From positions 1,364,001-1,428,000 of the forward strand of contig JAMWBK010000005.1 of the NCBI GenBank assembly GCA_029953675.1: a DNA stretch of 64,000 bases, written 5' to 3'. This document shows positions 1 through 12,535 of the stretch, in pieces; the stretch's first letter is position 1; every line of letters begins with the position of its first letter. The notes beneath the pieces are model-generated. The model saw only the letters and a list, made by a program, of their open reading frames with translations, did no database searches and was not told where the DNA came from. A program made the position numbers and the translations under genes. The DNA comes from Rhodosorus marinus CCMP1338 (taxonomy: Eukaryota; Plantae; Rhodophyta).

Positions 1-121
1 TAGGACAAAAAACACAAAAAAAAAAACAAGAACAAGCGCGCGCGTTTCCTTCCCTGTCTTCTGCGAGCATTGGGACACCCTTGTGGGTTCCGAAAAGGAA
101 TAAACCGATATTGTTATCAGT

Positions 122-1390
122 TTAATCCATTTTTTGGTCGCAACAAAAGTCGTTCAAGAGTGAGCTCGGCAGTTCTTCTTGGTATCTTCTCATAAGCCAC
201 GCGAAAAGATCTGGGTGCATCGCTCTTAGCGTGTCGGAGACTCCTCCTCCATAGTAGACCGGTTTGGAGGACGTTGGCGGCAGCTCAATTGGGCCACCCG
301 TGCGAGAATGTTTGAGGAACACTTCAAGGTGGCTAATTGCCGACGCGGGTGATAATCTCAAAACGTCAAAGTTGAGGAAGAAGACGTCCTTGTACCGCAT
401 CCACGACTCTCGATGGTACTTGAGGTACTGAATACGGTCGAGCGTCCTCAGTTCGTCTTCCATAGGTACTGATTGTCTGAGACACTGGAACCGATGGTTT
501 TTCCTAAACGACTCACAGCTATCCAAAGACAGTTCATTTCGGTCCATCAGGAACTCCTGGAAGCTTGACGAATATCCACCTAGCCTCTTGTAATAGTTCC
601 AAAGGCTAGCCATGTTGTCAGCAAGATCTCGATAGACATACACAATCTTTCCATTCTTTCTGTACCAAGCTAGCGCGTCACAACCAAGATGGCTGTCAGC
701 CGGTGAGTGATCACTTACTTCCACGATCTCATACATATGACCAAAGTACTTATGCAGAAACTTGATCGCCGTGTGCGTCCCAGCTCTGCGATGGGAGACA
801 ACGAAAATAGCTGGTTTCTTCCACTCCTCGGGTACTTCTGCATCGTACAAGAGGGCGGGATCACCAGTACATGCCAACTTTTTCTTGGACTCACGACGTT
901 TGCTTATCCGGCTTTCCTCCGCGAATGCAACCTTAAGACGTTCTATATCCATCCTCTGTGCCATTAAATCACTCTCGAGTTTCTCAGCGTGATCCCTTAA
1001 ATATTTCTCCTTACTTGCAACATCTACAACTGGCAACTTGATCTCAGTGAATCCCCTGGGAGAGCGGTATTGACAGAGGACGAAAGCTTCAAATTTCGAA
1101 TCTGACGGAGCACGAAGCGCATGCGCAAGAAGCTCAGCAAACTTTGTCTTGTCGTTCTCCAGCTTTTTCAGGTGAACTTCAGCGTTCTGAAGTTTACTTT
1201 TCAGCAAGGAAATCGATGTCTGTCGAGATTCCAGAAAGAGATACATCTTCGTCGTCAAGAAAATCAGTAGAACAATCCCAAGCAGCGCCGTCGCCACATA
1301 AACGTTCAACTGCCGCAGAAGGCTTCGAAATGAACCACCAAAATTTCCACTCTTCCATCTCCGGCGGGGTCCCCATGTCTTTGAACCCAT
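122..1390 (-). CDS. PAPS-dependent sulfotransferase, predicted type II membrane (Golgi-like) protein
   Basis: Single long ORF, first ATG at 1390. It has an N-terminal hydrophobic segment (VYVATALLGIVLLIFL), a coiled-coil-like stem, a 5'-PSB-like motif SHRRAGTH and a 3'-PB-like motif YVYRDLADNMASLWNYY. Confidence 0.75.
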   Translation of the reverse strand: MGSKTWGPRRRWKSGNFGGSFRSLLRQLNVYVATALLGIVLLIFLTTKMYLFLESRQTSISLLKSKLQNAEVHLKKLENDKTKFAELLAHALRAPSDSKFEAFVLCQYRSPRGFTEIKLPVVDVASKEKYLRDHAEKLESDLMAQRMDIERLKVAFAEESRISKRRESKKKLACTGDPALLYDAEVPEEWKKPAIFVVSHRRAGTHTAIKFLHKYFGHMYEIVEVSDHSPADSHLGCDALAWYRKNGKIVYVYRDLADNMASLWNYYKRLGGYSSSFQEFLMDRNELSLDSCESFRKNHRFQCLRQSVPMEDELRTLDRIQYLKYHRESWMRYKDVFFLNFDVLRLSPASAISHLEVFLKHSRTGGPIELPPTSSKPVYYGGGVSDTLRAMHPDLFAWLMRRYQEELPSSLLNDFCCDQKMD

Positions 1391-2834
1391 TCCGTCCACA
1401 AAGTTCTGAATCTGAACCCCGAAAACTTCCGCCAAGCGAACACACCCACGCGATTCAATAAACCATTGACGGAAAAACTGTCAAAAGCTTAAACTCACAG
1501 GCCTCCAACTCCTCGAATAAAACTTTCGGAGGCTCTTCTCACTTGCATTCCACAAACATGGAGCGACGGAGATGACTAACTCCCCGGCTGACAAGAATCG
1601 ACTACAGATGTCCGCCCCGGCATCCACCCTTTCCCTGCTTGCATCAGGTCCACATGCGAAAACTGTTACCACAAACAGTACCCGACGCTTATAGAAGCGT
1701 TGTTAACTTGATGTGACTTGACGGCGACAACACATACCGTCATCGCCCCACTTCAACACAGCTTTAGGCTTCTTCAACTGGACAAGCGCATATATTCCGC
1801 CAGCTTAGAAATGATTGTCCTAATCGAACTCGCCCCCGCAGGTGCTGTTCCCGAAATGGTAACGAGGAGCAAGCGTCTCAGCGTGGGTTTTGCTTTTGTG
1901 CTCGGGCTCTGCTTGACACTGCCTGTTCGTGTCCACAACTCCGGCGTTTGCTTGGATAGTCCAGCGAGCCAAGTGATTGAGAGAAACACGATCTCTACTG
2001 GGTCTTCAGTCCTCGACAAGCCGACCCGCTTAACGAATAATGACTCCAGTTCGGATTGATTGGCTTTTTTCTCTGTTTTGCTTCCCGCATGCAGAGCTTG
2101 GCCAACAAGTCGCTTGAGCTTCAGCAAAAGCAAGGCTGCCCGGGTCCTTTCAGCATGCACGAGGAGTGAGATTGAACTACTCTGGTCTGGAACTATAAGT
2201 ATGAAAACGACCAAAGCTCAACAGGTTCAAAAATGAAAGGCGTCAACATGGTACGAATGGAGAGGATTTTAATTTACAACACAGCTCTTCCCGGTTTGTT
2301 CGGTTCACTGGTCTCCGAAAAACCTACTGATCGAATAGCGAGATCGATGCAGTGGAAGCATGGAGGGTTTCCCAAGCGTCCTCTGAAAATGTGCTCCCGA
2401 CTTTTGCAGCATCATCTCAGTATTCGCACTTTCACGGTGCTGACTGGGCCCTCATTGCCACTGCCAACGCGGGGATAGCCGCTTCCATCGTTTTTGAAGC
2501 CAGTTCCAGCGAGATCATTTGAAGGGGACAGGTGGTGAACAAGCACTCTGTGCCTCGCACAAGAGCCCGTGCATCGCAAAAGAGCCCGTGCAGCCTCCTC
2601 TTCAAGTGTCCGCAATCGCGGAACTCCTGGATTAAAGGGGAGCGCTGCAGAACTGTCACCAGAGTTGTACAACAACCAAGAATGTTGGGGCGCAAGCAGC
2701 CCCCTCCCCCCAAAAAAGTAGACGTGCACACTACAAAGCCAGACTCTCGTCTTCCGTCGTAAGAGTTCTACTCCGTTTTGTTGTAGAATAGCCTACAAGG
2801 AAACACTACTAAAGCTGTCTTCCCCGTCCATGCT

Positions 2835-4166
2835 TTATACGAAAGTAAAAACCCTGAGAACCCCATCTGAACCGCCGCTGGCGAGTTTCGATCCGCCGCA
2901 CCAGGACAGACACAAACCCCGGCCGTCCTCGCCATGTGCTTGTGTCCTCTTGAACATCACTCCAAGTTTGGCTCGGATGTCCCAAACTCTGACCGCAGAG
3001 TCCGAGCCTGTCGATGCGACCTCGTGCTCGTGGTCAGGTCTCCACTTTGTCGAGTTCGCGACCGCCCGATGGGCGCGACGAACGCTCACTACTGGCGTGC
3101 TGCTGTCAGCCCTGAAGTCCAGAATTCTCAGAGCACCATCTGTGCAGCTCGCGGCTACCAACTGCGAGGAGACCGATACCGATGTAACAGCTTTCATCGT
3201 CGTAGGAATGGTCCGTATTCTCTGAGCCGTTTCGGCCTCCCATTCGATGACCGTTCCGTCCCAGGATCCGCTAAATAGCTTGTCGTTGTCGTAGGCGAGA
3301 CTCGTGACGCTCAGTGAATGGCCTTCGAGCACCCTGCTCGGCACAGCTCGTATGACGTCCTAGTTTCGCATCGACGGATATGGACATTTTTAGATTACGG
3401 TGGTGCGCACCTTTTGGTTGCATGCTTCTCTTACCTCGTAGGATGCTCTGGGCCTCTTCACGTTCCTAATCTCCGAGAGCAGCTCGTTGGACTCTCTCGA
3501 GGTTTCAAATATGACAAGCGATCCCGTCGATGTGCCTCCAGCGATACGATCTTTGCCGACGCTCACCGTGCTCTCAAAGGGTTCCACTCCAGCGCAACTT
3601 CCAATGAGCACCTGACGTAGCTTGAAGCTTTTCGTAACTTCAAAGCTTCGCAAGAATCCATCCGCCCCTGCGGCAACAAGCCTCGATCGACTGGTCCAGT
3701 TTACGCTCTTCACAGCGCGCTCGCTGATTCTGGTTTCGCTAACGACAGCGCCGCCTTCAATAATCTTCAGGTTCCCACTATACGTCCCACAAGCAAATAT
3801 ACATCCTCCATCCTCCGTTTTCAAAGAATCAACACAACAGACCCAGTCATCCAGATCAATCGCTTCCTCCTCCGCTCTCACGGGTTTGCCGCGCAGCGAG
3901 TACTCCACCTCAACGGTCTTCTCCACGGAAAACCCTTTCTGAACGCACAGCTTCCCAAGCTCTCCTCGAAGCAAAGCGCCGTGCACAAGAAACTCAAAAT
4001 TTGCTTGGTCGCCTTCTCCAAGCCCCAAAATCTGAATCATGATCTCGTTCAATCCTTTCCGTTTCACGGAACCAGGAACAACCAGCTCAACACCAGATCC
4101 AACTCCTAGCTTTTCGTCCTCAAGACGAGTAGTAAACCTCACACGAACCTCAGAGCTCCCGTCCAT
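2835..4166 (-). CDS. WDR12: Ribosome biogenesis WD40 protein WDR12/YTM1 (2 exons)
   Basis: N-terminal NLE-like domain (FEFLVHGALLRGEL...VEVEY), then DDWV and WD repeats (LEGHSLSVTSL, SGSWDGTV, VWDIRA). The GT-AG intron at 3360-3434 joins RASYE|DVIRAVPSRVLEGH in frame. Confidence 0.85.
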
Positions 4167-4499
4167 GCTTCAATTCAATACCAAGTCAAAAACTAGAAAA
4201 CCGAAACTCGAAAAACATCCAAGGAGAAGCCCACACACCAGCTCGCCCGCCTCAGCCTCAGCAAAACCTGTTTTGCCTGGATATCAAGAAGAATCAAATA
4301 CTCACTATAAAATCAACGGCCTTTTCTTCCTGAGCGGATATTGCTCTTCTTCATATCGTCCCGAACTCATAGATATACTGCAGTATTAATCTTGTACTCC
4401 AACCCAGACCTCTGCTCACAGAGAGGGCAGTCTCCATCTTCCCCCGAAAGCCTGATTGCCATCGATGTCACCGGCCGCGAACATCGATCGGATCCCTTT

Positions 4500-5015
4500 C
4501 GCGTGTGAGCAATAGTTGCTCACCGAGACGACGTGAGGGAAGAAATCGTCCGGTCTTGGCGCGTGTGCGACGCTTCGGATGCTTTGTTTAAAACAGAGAA
4601 TTGGAGAGCTTCCAGAAGCATGGCACTAGCGACTCGAATGACTCAGCAGAGACAGTGCTGGATCTCTTATGTCACCGGGCGGTAGACATCGGCTCCACCG
4701 GCAGGAACGAGCGATTGTAGCGAGACGACATGACCGATGAAAGCACGTGGTCCTTTTTTTCTGAGGTTCTTTCAACTATGCGGATGTGTTTTTGTTCTAA
4801 TCAAATTCAGAGAGCTTCCTGAATCATGTAACGAATGACTCAAAACGACTCGTCACAGGCAAGGCTTCGGGCGTATGGGCCTGGCCGTGAACCTCCATTT
4901 TACTGTGAGCAAGTCGGAGCGGGACGTCGTCAGCGATGAGGCCACGCGGTCTTGAAGTTTTTCAACACTTCGGGAACTTAGTTCATAACAGTTCAGAGTG
5001 CTTCCAAACTCTACA
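4500..5015. repeat. Highly degenerate tandem triplication, period about 200 bp
   Basis: The motif order (c/t)ggtc(t/c)t...cgg(a/g)...agag(tg)cttcc recurs at about 4551/4605, 4748/4811 and 4946/4995. Seen by eye only. Confidence 0.3.
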
Positions 5016-5832
5016 CAGACAAAACCTCAGCTCGTGAGTGGCTGATCAAAATTCCCTTGTGGGGCGTGGTGCGAAGCCCTGAGTCGAGAATGGCATGAAT
5101 CGCACTGCAACTGATGCAGGCACAGTCTTCAGGTTTTTAAGCTCTATTTGTTTGTTATAAACTAATCAGGGAGTTGCCATAATGATTTCGGTAATGACCC
5201 AGCAGAGGCAGAAGGACAGCACGTGAGATCCTGACGGATATCATCGGCGCTTAATATGAAGACATGCACATCCACAATCAGACCAGGTCTGTCCAGGCGA
5301 TGAAAGCATCTTCTAGAAGCATTTCAAGGTTCACACATTTTTTTAAAACAGCCCCGAAAGCCACGCCAAGTACGTCACCAACGTCAGTGCAGAAGCAGGA
5401 CAGCGTCATGTAACTGACCAATGTCCCCGGGAGTGAACGTCAAGTGGGCTGCATTAGAAATCACTACACGGAAGATAACGGCACGCTTCCTCAAGTCCCA
5501 GACACTTTTTTGATTCTATAGAGAGTTACCATTGGAAGTGCCAGGTACAACACAGAAGTGACAGAACACCAGCATTCACAGCTTCGTGATAATCTTGACC
5601 ACAATGCTGCGGGGCACGGATAGATCCATAGATAAGGCTTCCTGTTCACGGATGTACTACCACCGACAGGAAGACCTTCATGAATTCCCTCACATGACTG
5701 GGGATCCCTCACAGATCTGAAATTTCTCCACGTCAGCTGGCACCACGTGAGTCAAACCTTTGCAGCTTCGGTTTGCTTCGGCCGCAGCCTGTTCGCGGTG
5801 TATCATCTATCCAATAGTTGAGCTGCATTTTC

Positions 5833-6314
5833 TCATTCATCATTCGCCGGATGACCTCCCATGACTTCTTCATAATCTGGACGTGGAATCTTTACCATCT
5901 TGTAGTCTTTGTCTGCTTTCACGTCCTCAAGAGTTTCCTTGAGTTGTCCGAAAGCCCAATAACGTATCAGAAGGCTTAGAAATGGGGCTCTGTCTCACTT
6001 CTGTAAGTCTTGTTCCACGAGCTCACCTTGACGACTTCTTGTAGGTCTACCTTCTTGAACCCTTCTACGGACTCCAATTTGACCGCCGATTGTCTGGAGT
6101 CTTTCACCTTTCCACGCCAGGCCAAAAAGGAAATGTAAAGTTAGACAAAACAACGAAGACCCTCTCGCTAACTTCACAAAGTAGGGATCCTTTCAAAACT
6201 ACTTACGTCATGAAGTCCCCCAACGTAATAACTGAGCATCACGTAGCCTCCGCAAATCATGACTACGAACGGAGCTCCTCGTGACGCAAACGATGGTCGT
6301 TTCACTCTGCTCAT
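5833..6314 (-). CDS. COX16: Cytochrome c oxidase assembly protein COX16 (3 exons)
   Basis: Spliced product MSRVKRPSFASRGAPFVVMICGGYVMLSYYVGGLHD|VKDSRQ...VDLQEVVK|ETLEDVKADKDYKMVKIPRPDYEE...*. One N-terminal TM segment (G-x-P-F...GG) and a C-terminal IPRP motif are typical of COX16. Confidence 0.7.
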
Positions 6315-6709
6315 AGCCCTTTCCTTTTGAGAGAGAGAACAACTCCCGCGCTGCTGGAGTTGACCAGAAAACAAAATGTGGGCGAGCAGGCAAAACAAAC
6401 ACTTTCGTGCTTTGTCCGATTCTCACAGAAGCTGGTTTTTGAAGATCACGACGTCGCGAATACATTTCCTTTCCGATACCGTCGACCCTGCGTCGACAGG
6501 CTCTGCCTCTCTTCCTCCCCATTGTTTGGTAATGGCGCTCATGTTCAGGAGATTAGATCTTTTTAACTCTGTTGGTCGCGGAGAGAGTGGGAGTGGGAAT
6601 GGACAAGCTGTTGAAGAAGACAAGTCACGAGCGTAGAGGGTTTCCAAGGAGCTCGAGGATGATATAATCTGAGAGAGTGGGACTCTGATGAAGTGCTGTG
6701 GAAGAAAGG

Positions 6710-7984
6710 ATGAGCTGTAGTGAGATAGGATTTCTTTGGATTGTTGGAGTGAAGCCCGGGGTGAGGACTCGGGAGAGAGTACGTGCTTCTTGTGCCGATG
6801 GTGGTGCTGTTGAGAGCGTGAAACAGAGACGCCGAAGACGCGTGGGAGTACCGAAAGGGGTTGGTCATCAGAACGCGGACTACTGTGCGTCGTTGGTGGA
6901 GGGCAGCTATGCTCCAGGTAGTGGTGCACTGGCTGGGAAGAAGGACCTCGTTGTCCTCGGCATCGAGACAAGTTGTGATGATACCGCGGCTGCTGTAGTG
7001 CGTGCAGATGGTACTGTGTTGGGAGATTCTGTCGTGTCGCAGCATGAGATTCACCAGCAATGGGGCGGCGTGGTTCCCAACCTCGCGAAGGAGGCGCACG
7101 CGGCGGCGATTGACGGTGTTGTTGAGAAGGCACTACAGAAGGCTGAGATGAATCCTGAGCACGTTGATGCGGTCGCTGTGACGACGGGACCCGGTCTAGA
7201 AATCTGTCTCAGAATTGGGTTCAACGCCGCCAAGGAGTTTTGTAAGGCACACCGAAAACCCTTCGTGGCGGTCAACCACCTCGAAGGGCACTGCGTGCTC
7301 GCCAGAATGCTTCACAGAGACCTGGAGTACCCGTTTTTGGTTGTTCTGGTCTCCGGAGGCCATTGTCAGATTCTTGTCGCGGAAGGTGAGGGCATCTACG
7401 CGCTTCTAGGCGGTACATTGGATGATGCGATCGGTGAGGCTTATGACAAGACTGCGAGACTGCTTGGACTCCAGGTTGGTGGTGGTGGTGGACCAGCTGT
7501 GGAACAGCTTGCTCTGAATGGGGATGAGAATGCGTATGATCTTCCTATGCCCATGAGAGACAAAAAGAACTGCAATCTGTCCTACGCTGGTCTAAAGAAC
7601 GCGGTGAGGTTGATTGCGGAAACTGACGCGGGACGACGAAGCGAGGACATTGCTGCATCGTTTCAGCGAGTTGCAATTGACCATCTGATTCAGAAGCTGC
7701 GAACGGCAATGAAATGGTGCGAAGCACGACAGCCGGGCCGGGTAAGGTCTATGGTTGTCTGCGGTGGAGTAGCTGCGAACCAGAGGCTACGGTCCAGGCT
7801 AACCGACGTTTGTTCCGACTTTGAGTGGAAGCTCGTTGTCCCACCGCCTCGACTCTGCACGGATAATGGGGCAATGATTGCCTGGGCTGGGATTGAGAGA
7901 ATCCAACGCGGCATTCTAGATAATCCGCAGTTGCTCGAAGTGGTTTCTAGATGGCCGTTGAGTACACGACTCGTATTCGACTGA
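6710..7984 (+). CDS. tsaD: Organellar tRNA N6-threonylcarbamoyladenosine synthase (TsaD/Qri7/OSGEPL1 type)
   Basis: Motifs VLGIETSCDDTAAAVV, VNHLEGH, LVSGGH, TLDDAIGEAYDKTARLLGL and CTDNGAMIAWAG. An N-terminal extension resembles a targeting peptide. Intronless. Confidence 0.93.
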   Translation: MSCSEIGFLWIVGVKPGVRTRERVRASCADGGAVESVKQRRRRRVGVPKGVGHQNADYCASLVEGSYAPGSGALAGKKDLVVLGIETSCDDTAAAVVRADGTVLGDSVVSQHEIHQQWGGVVPNLAKEAHAAAIDGVVEKALQKAEMNPEHVDAVAVTTGPGLEICLRIGFNAAKEFCKAHRKPFVAVNHLEGHCVLARMLHRDLEYPFLVVLVSGGHCQILVAEGEGIYALLGGTLDDAIGEAYDKTARLLGLQVGGGGGPAVEQLALNGDENAYDLPMPMRDKKNCNLSYAGLKNAVRLIAETDAGRRSEDIAASFQRVAIDHLIQKLRTAMKWCEARQPGRVRSMVVCGGVAANQRLRSRLTDVCSDFEWKLVVPPPRLCTDNGAMIAWAGIERIQRGILDNPQLLEVVSRWPLSTRLVFD

Positions 7985-8180
7985 CGCAGCTCCTTTCAGC
8001 GTTGTTTTGTTTTCCATGGGGTAACCCGCCGTTTCTCCTCGCTTTTATCCGACAGCTCCACCGAACGTGATGTGTGAAACCCGATATGTAAAGACCTGTT
8101 ACTTTCCGTCGTACCTTACTAGCACCGTTGAAGATTCTCAGGAACACGCTTGGATTCTTAGCACCAAAATCGCCAGTCGA

Positions 8181-9319
8181 TCAGAGTCTGGGTATGAAAG
8201 ATTCCGCGATTCCCTTGAACAGCTTCTCCCGCTTGCTCCACCGGTTCTAGAAGAAATGCAGGTCCACACAACACAAGTTTGTCAAACAAGGAGAACCGCA
8301 TGCGATACCGGTGTCTACGCCAAGTTGCATATTCTTACCTCTGGGCACGTGATATTCACGGTGTAAAGCTTGCTCTTATTCATCGCGAGCACTGTGATCT
8401 GGTGAACTGACTTGGACTTCATCTCAACGATGTATGTTATGATACCTTGGGATTCCTTGGAGGAGCTGCCCACGATTTCCATGCTCCTCGATTTGGCGAG
8501 TTTCGCCGCGACTTCCTAATGTGGCATTATGAAGGACAAACAAGATGTTTCAGAAAAGTTGAACGCATAGCCGTTCCGACGACCTTTGCCAGGCCGTCGC
8601 CTCGGGCAGATATGAACCAGAATAGAAGGAGAATTCCCCCCGGGCTTTGACGCAAGCTTATAGAAAAAACGTCGAGGCAAAATTGAATCTTTCATGTCGT
8701 AGTCTCTATCGCACCTCAGTTGTGCCAATATCCGCCACAGTCTTCCCCTTCGTGACTGGTGTGGTGATAACGGTGATTTGCTCCACTGGGTTGATGATAT
8801 CCTGCCACTTTACGTCGAAATTTTCACTCGCGGAGAACTCGTTCCATCCTGAAGGCCTAAGGATCTTGAAACCCTTCTGGGCGTCCTGGAAGGGATCGAC
8901 CTTCCCAGCTAGTCCCTAGTGTAAGCCAAAGAGTCCAAAACCCCAAAAAATTCAGCCACTAAATGCAACTTGGCAAAGTTGGTGGAGGTAATCCGCATAG
9001 ATTTCCGGTCTATGATCCTAACCTCAGCAGCAAGGGCTGGTTGGCTCGCACCCAACGCTACCCCAATAGTTCCCGCGATACCGAGAAGCACATCCCTTCT
9101 TGAGGGCACAGCAGGTCTCTCAGCGGACATACATACCGCCGTACCCTGCCCAGAGGAACGCCCAGATCTAACCAACTAGTGGAAACAAGAACAATAAACA
9201 AAGCAAAAGTCCCCTTCAACTTTCAGATTTCCAAGATAAACATTCCCGCACTCCTCCCAAACCTAATCCAGAACCCGCCTCACCTGACCAGAACCCACAA
9301 ACCCAGCGGACCTATCCAT
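8181..9319 (-). CDS. PsbP-family thylakoid lumen protein (PPL1-like), 5 exons
   Basis: Bipartite targeting: MDRSAGFVGSGQ|LVRS... followed by the twin-arginine signal SRRDVLLG...ALA. Mature part has DPFQDAQKGFKILRPSGW, WQDIINPVEQITV, KLYTVNITCPE|NRWSKREKLFKGIAESF, matching the PsbP domain. Confidence 0.85.
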
Positions 9320-12159
9320 TCCCACACACAAACAAACACCCAACGCCCCACCTCCACCCACACAAAGTCAATACAAAAGGAATTCAGAGATGTATAAAAA
9401 ATACCAAACAGGAATCTGCATCACATACGAATCGATCCAAGAAGCAAACAAAATCCGTCGCCCTCTTATCCCTCTCTTACCCTCCTTTTCCCACTTCCAA
9501 TAAGCTCAGCACTGTCCGTCCTCATCCCCACCACCACCACGCTCGGTGACCTCAATGCTTACCGACAGGAAAACCGATCCCAATTAACCCCCCAAAATCC
9601 TTTCTCAGCCACTCAAATAGACGGCATTTCAGCAGCTCATATTCAATCTCGGATGGATATGAAATCAATGCCAATCTCCAATTTTTGTCCTAATCGATTT
9701 AATTAATGGAGAAAAATTGAAACATTTTCCTCATTGATATCTATTTTCTTCCAAAAACAAATAAATCTCATGATTCCTCGCGAACGTTATTTGAAAACTT
9801 TCCTTTTGGCTCCTTGGATTTTGTATTTTCACAATATTTCATAGTGCTTGCACTAATATTTTTCATAATATTGATTTAAGTTTGATAGAAGACACGTGGC
9901 ATGTTTCTGACTGGAGAACTGGTTTAGAGAGAGAGGGAGAGAGGATTTTTTACATTATGGGTTGTCATAAACGTAGGAACTATTGAATAAATGTAGAAAA
10001 ACATCTGTGGATGTCTGTTTGAAATGTTTCGAAAAAACCTGTCCAATAAACCGTCCGATAAAAGGTCTAATAATCAATCATCTCCGGTGCATAAACCGAA
10101 TTATGAATATTTCCTGGTATGCAAAAGCTGTCGCTCTCATGGACTTCCGTGTTCCACAGGCTGTCATTGACTATCTAATGGGGTGAGGCTTCTGCTGCCA
10201 GATTTGTATTCGAGATACACTTTGTTTTGTCTCAGCTTGGCGTTGAACGAATGCTGTAGTCGCACCAGGTAGATCACCAACTGGCGTGGTCGGGAGGTGA
10301 GCCCTCTCAACCGCTCGCGGGAGTATCTTGTTTATCTATTGCTTGTCCACAGGCTGCGCGCGATATCCTCGCAAGTCTGCACAACGATGTGGTGCTGCCG
10401 CTGGTTCAATGCGACGACTGAAGTAGTCTCAGCACGCTAAGGCGATGACTCATCCAACCTTTCGGGACTCGGCACTGTCTCATCGGTTTGTAAACGCTGA
10501 TCCTTGGTGCTTTCGTGTTTTTGACAGTGTTCGTTCTCGCTGGCTTTGTCGTGTTTTTCGCAATGCCCCTGGCTGTGTCGCAAAATCTCCTCACGGAGCT
10601 ATTTCTGAGTCTCTAGCGTGCGAATGCTGCTTTGTTGTTGGATGCGCGTTATCAGCGTCTCCCCTTTCCGCTCCTCAGCGTCGAGCGGCACCGACTTAAT
10701 TGCTGTTCTTCTCGATGATGATGGCCACCCGAAAATTGGAAAAGTGGTCAAAATCCCACGGCCTTCGACTCATGGCTATTGTCAGCGAACTGCAGCAAAG
10801 GCAATCGACCCGCGGGCTTCTCCAGCGCCCAACAAATGGTAGTTCCTTACAATGACTCCATGACCGATTCTGTGGACTCCTGCAGGTTCGTCCCCCCTCT
10901 GACTCCGGCGGTCGTTCATCGTCGCTCTCATCCACTCGCCTGCGTCCGATGAGACCAATTCTTGAGACTCTTGAACCAGCTTCGCAAGCGGTCTTTCACA
11001 ATGCTCAGATCTAGAATGTGGCAAGCCTTAACTTTTGATAAGACATCGCGTGGACGCAGTGTCCGAAGAAGAAGATTGAAATCCAATCATTTTGAACTGA
11101 TATCAGACCATTATCTGACGAGCCCCTATTTATATTTCTAATTCCTGTACACCAAACTTGTATTGGACGCGAGCTAGAAGATAAGCCTCTTAATTATTAC
11201 AAAACTACTGTCCGATAAACTTATATCGGACGCACTCGGTCGTTTTTCGTTTTTTTTCAACGGACATAAAAACACACCTTTCACCGTCACTCACGCGTCC
11301 TTTGTTTGGTAAAACTTTTTAGATTGGGTTCAGGATGGAATCAGTTGTTTTCAAAGAATTTAGATCATATAATTACCGCACTCGCCCTGCATCATCTGAG
11401 AAAACCTTAGAAAACAACATTTCAGAATCTCTTCTACACGATCAGAAAATAAGGGAAACACATATCGCCCGAAAACCACTATCACCTATCGAAGAAAAGA
11501 CTCGTTGAACGCGCTCGTCTCCACCTTAGACTCGGGTCTAAATTCAAGATCATGTCTACCCTAAATAGACCGGGAAACACTAAAACTAGACATAGGTTAG
11601 AGACTAGCTCCGCAAAACTAGCCGATAAAGAATATCTAGAAAGCGCCTGACTGAAAATAAGGTGCTGAGGCTAACATTATCTAAGAGGTCGTCATCGGGA
11701 AGAACTAAAGAAAAACCCTGTATGAAACGCCGACCAGGCCATAATTCAGAAGAAAAGTCTGAACGGGAATCGGTACCGGGGGGGGGTACAGCCTGAAGTC
11801 TTTTGGTTGGACAAGCTGTCCAAAAGGAAAGGGACAATCTGTCCATTCTGAAAGAGTTCAGAAGAAAGAAAAATTGCGGAAAACCTTCTTTTTGGGTCAA
11901 AATGAATGGATTTTCAGTGGAGTCGTCGATTGGGCAGTGCTGATTGTTTTCTACCACCGAGAGCGTGGAGCTGCCGTGCTTAAGCGGCTCTCCAAAACTA
12001 AAGGCTGTGTTAGAAGGCCACGGCATAATCTCTCAAGGAAGGAAGAGTAAAACAAGGGCGCGATTTGCAAAGTTCCACATCTCGATCGCGAAAACCGAAA
12101 CGGCCTCCCGCAAGCGCCGAGCGGGGACTGGCGAGAGTGCCTCATCGCTCTGTCGCCAA

Positions 12160-12535
12160 AAACTGGACTAGTATACTCGAGTCGTTTGTTGAGAGATCAC
12201 AAACCTGAGAGGGAAAAGGCTAGGCTAAACTAGGAGAGGGGGCCTCTAAGACTAAGGCCGCACTGGAACGCCACAGCGTAAAAGCTCAGCGAAGAGAGGA
12301 ACTGCGAGAGTGTCCCCTCACGATCGACTAAAAACAGTCGCCCTTGAGCTCTCGATGAATCCAAAGACCTCAATAACAAGCGGAACGAACGATGCGTCAC
12401 AGCGGACTGCAGGGTGGTGACATCCGTAACAGCCTCCTGGTACACCTTGCGGCGGCGCATGATGCAACCAGCCGCACCTCGTCCTCGAGTCGAAGAAGAC
12501 AAATAACCCGAAGCAGGCGGACACGGAGTAGCCAG
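12160..12535 (-). repeat. Dispersed element copy A (inverted relative to copy B), contains small ORF 12230-12460 (76 aa)
   Basis: Collinear similarity (roughly 70% by eye) to 19305-19690, e.g. cgaggtgcggctg.ttgcatcATG..ccgccgcaag and ggattcatcgag, with the same stop context ctctc.TAGtttagc. Confidence 0.7.

Noticed and set aside
6423-7133. 236-aa minus-strand ORF overlapping tsaD, and similar long antisense ORFs (22459-23148, 25192-26049)
   Set aside because: They are antisense to well-supported genes, have low-complexity translations and no recognisable domain.
9980-11030. Short ORFs between the PsbP-like gene and element copy A
   Set aside because: Fragmented in all frames with no family motifs; could be a decayed sequence but nothing can be supported.
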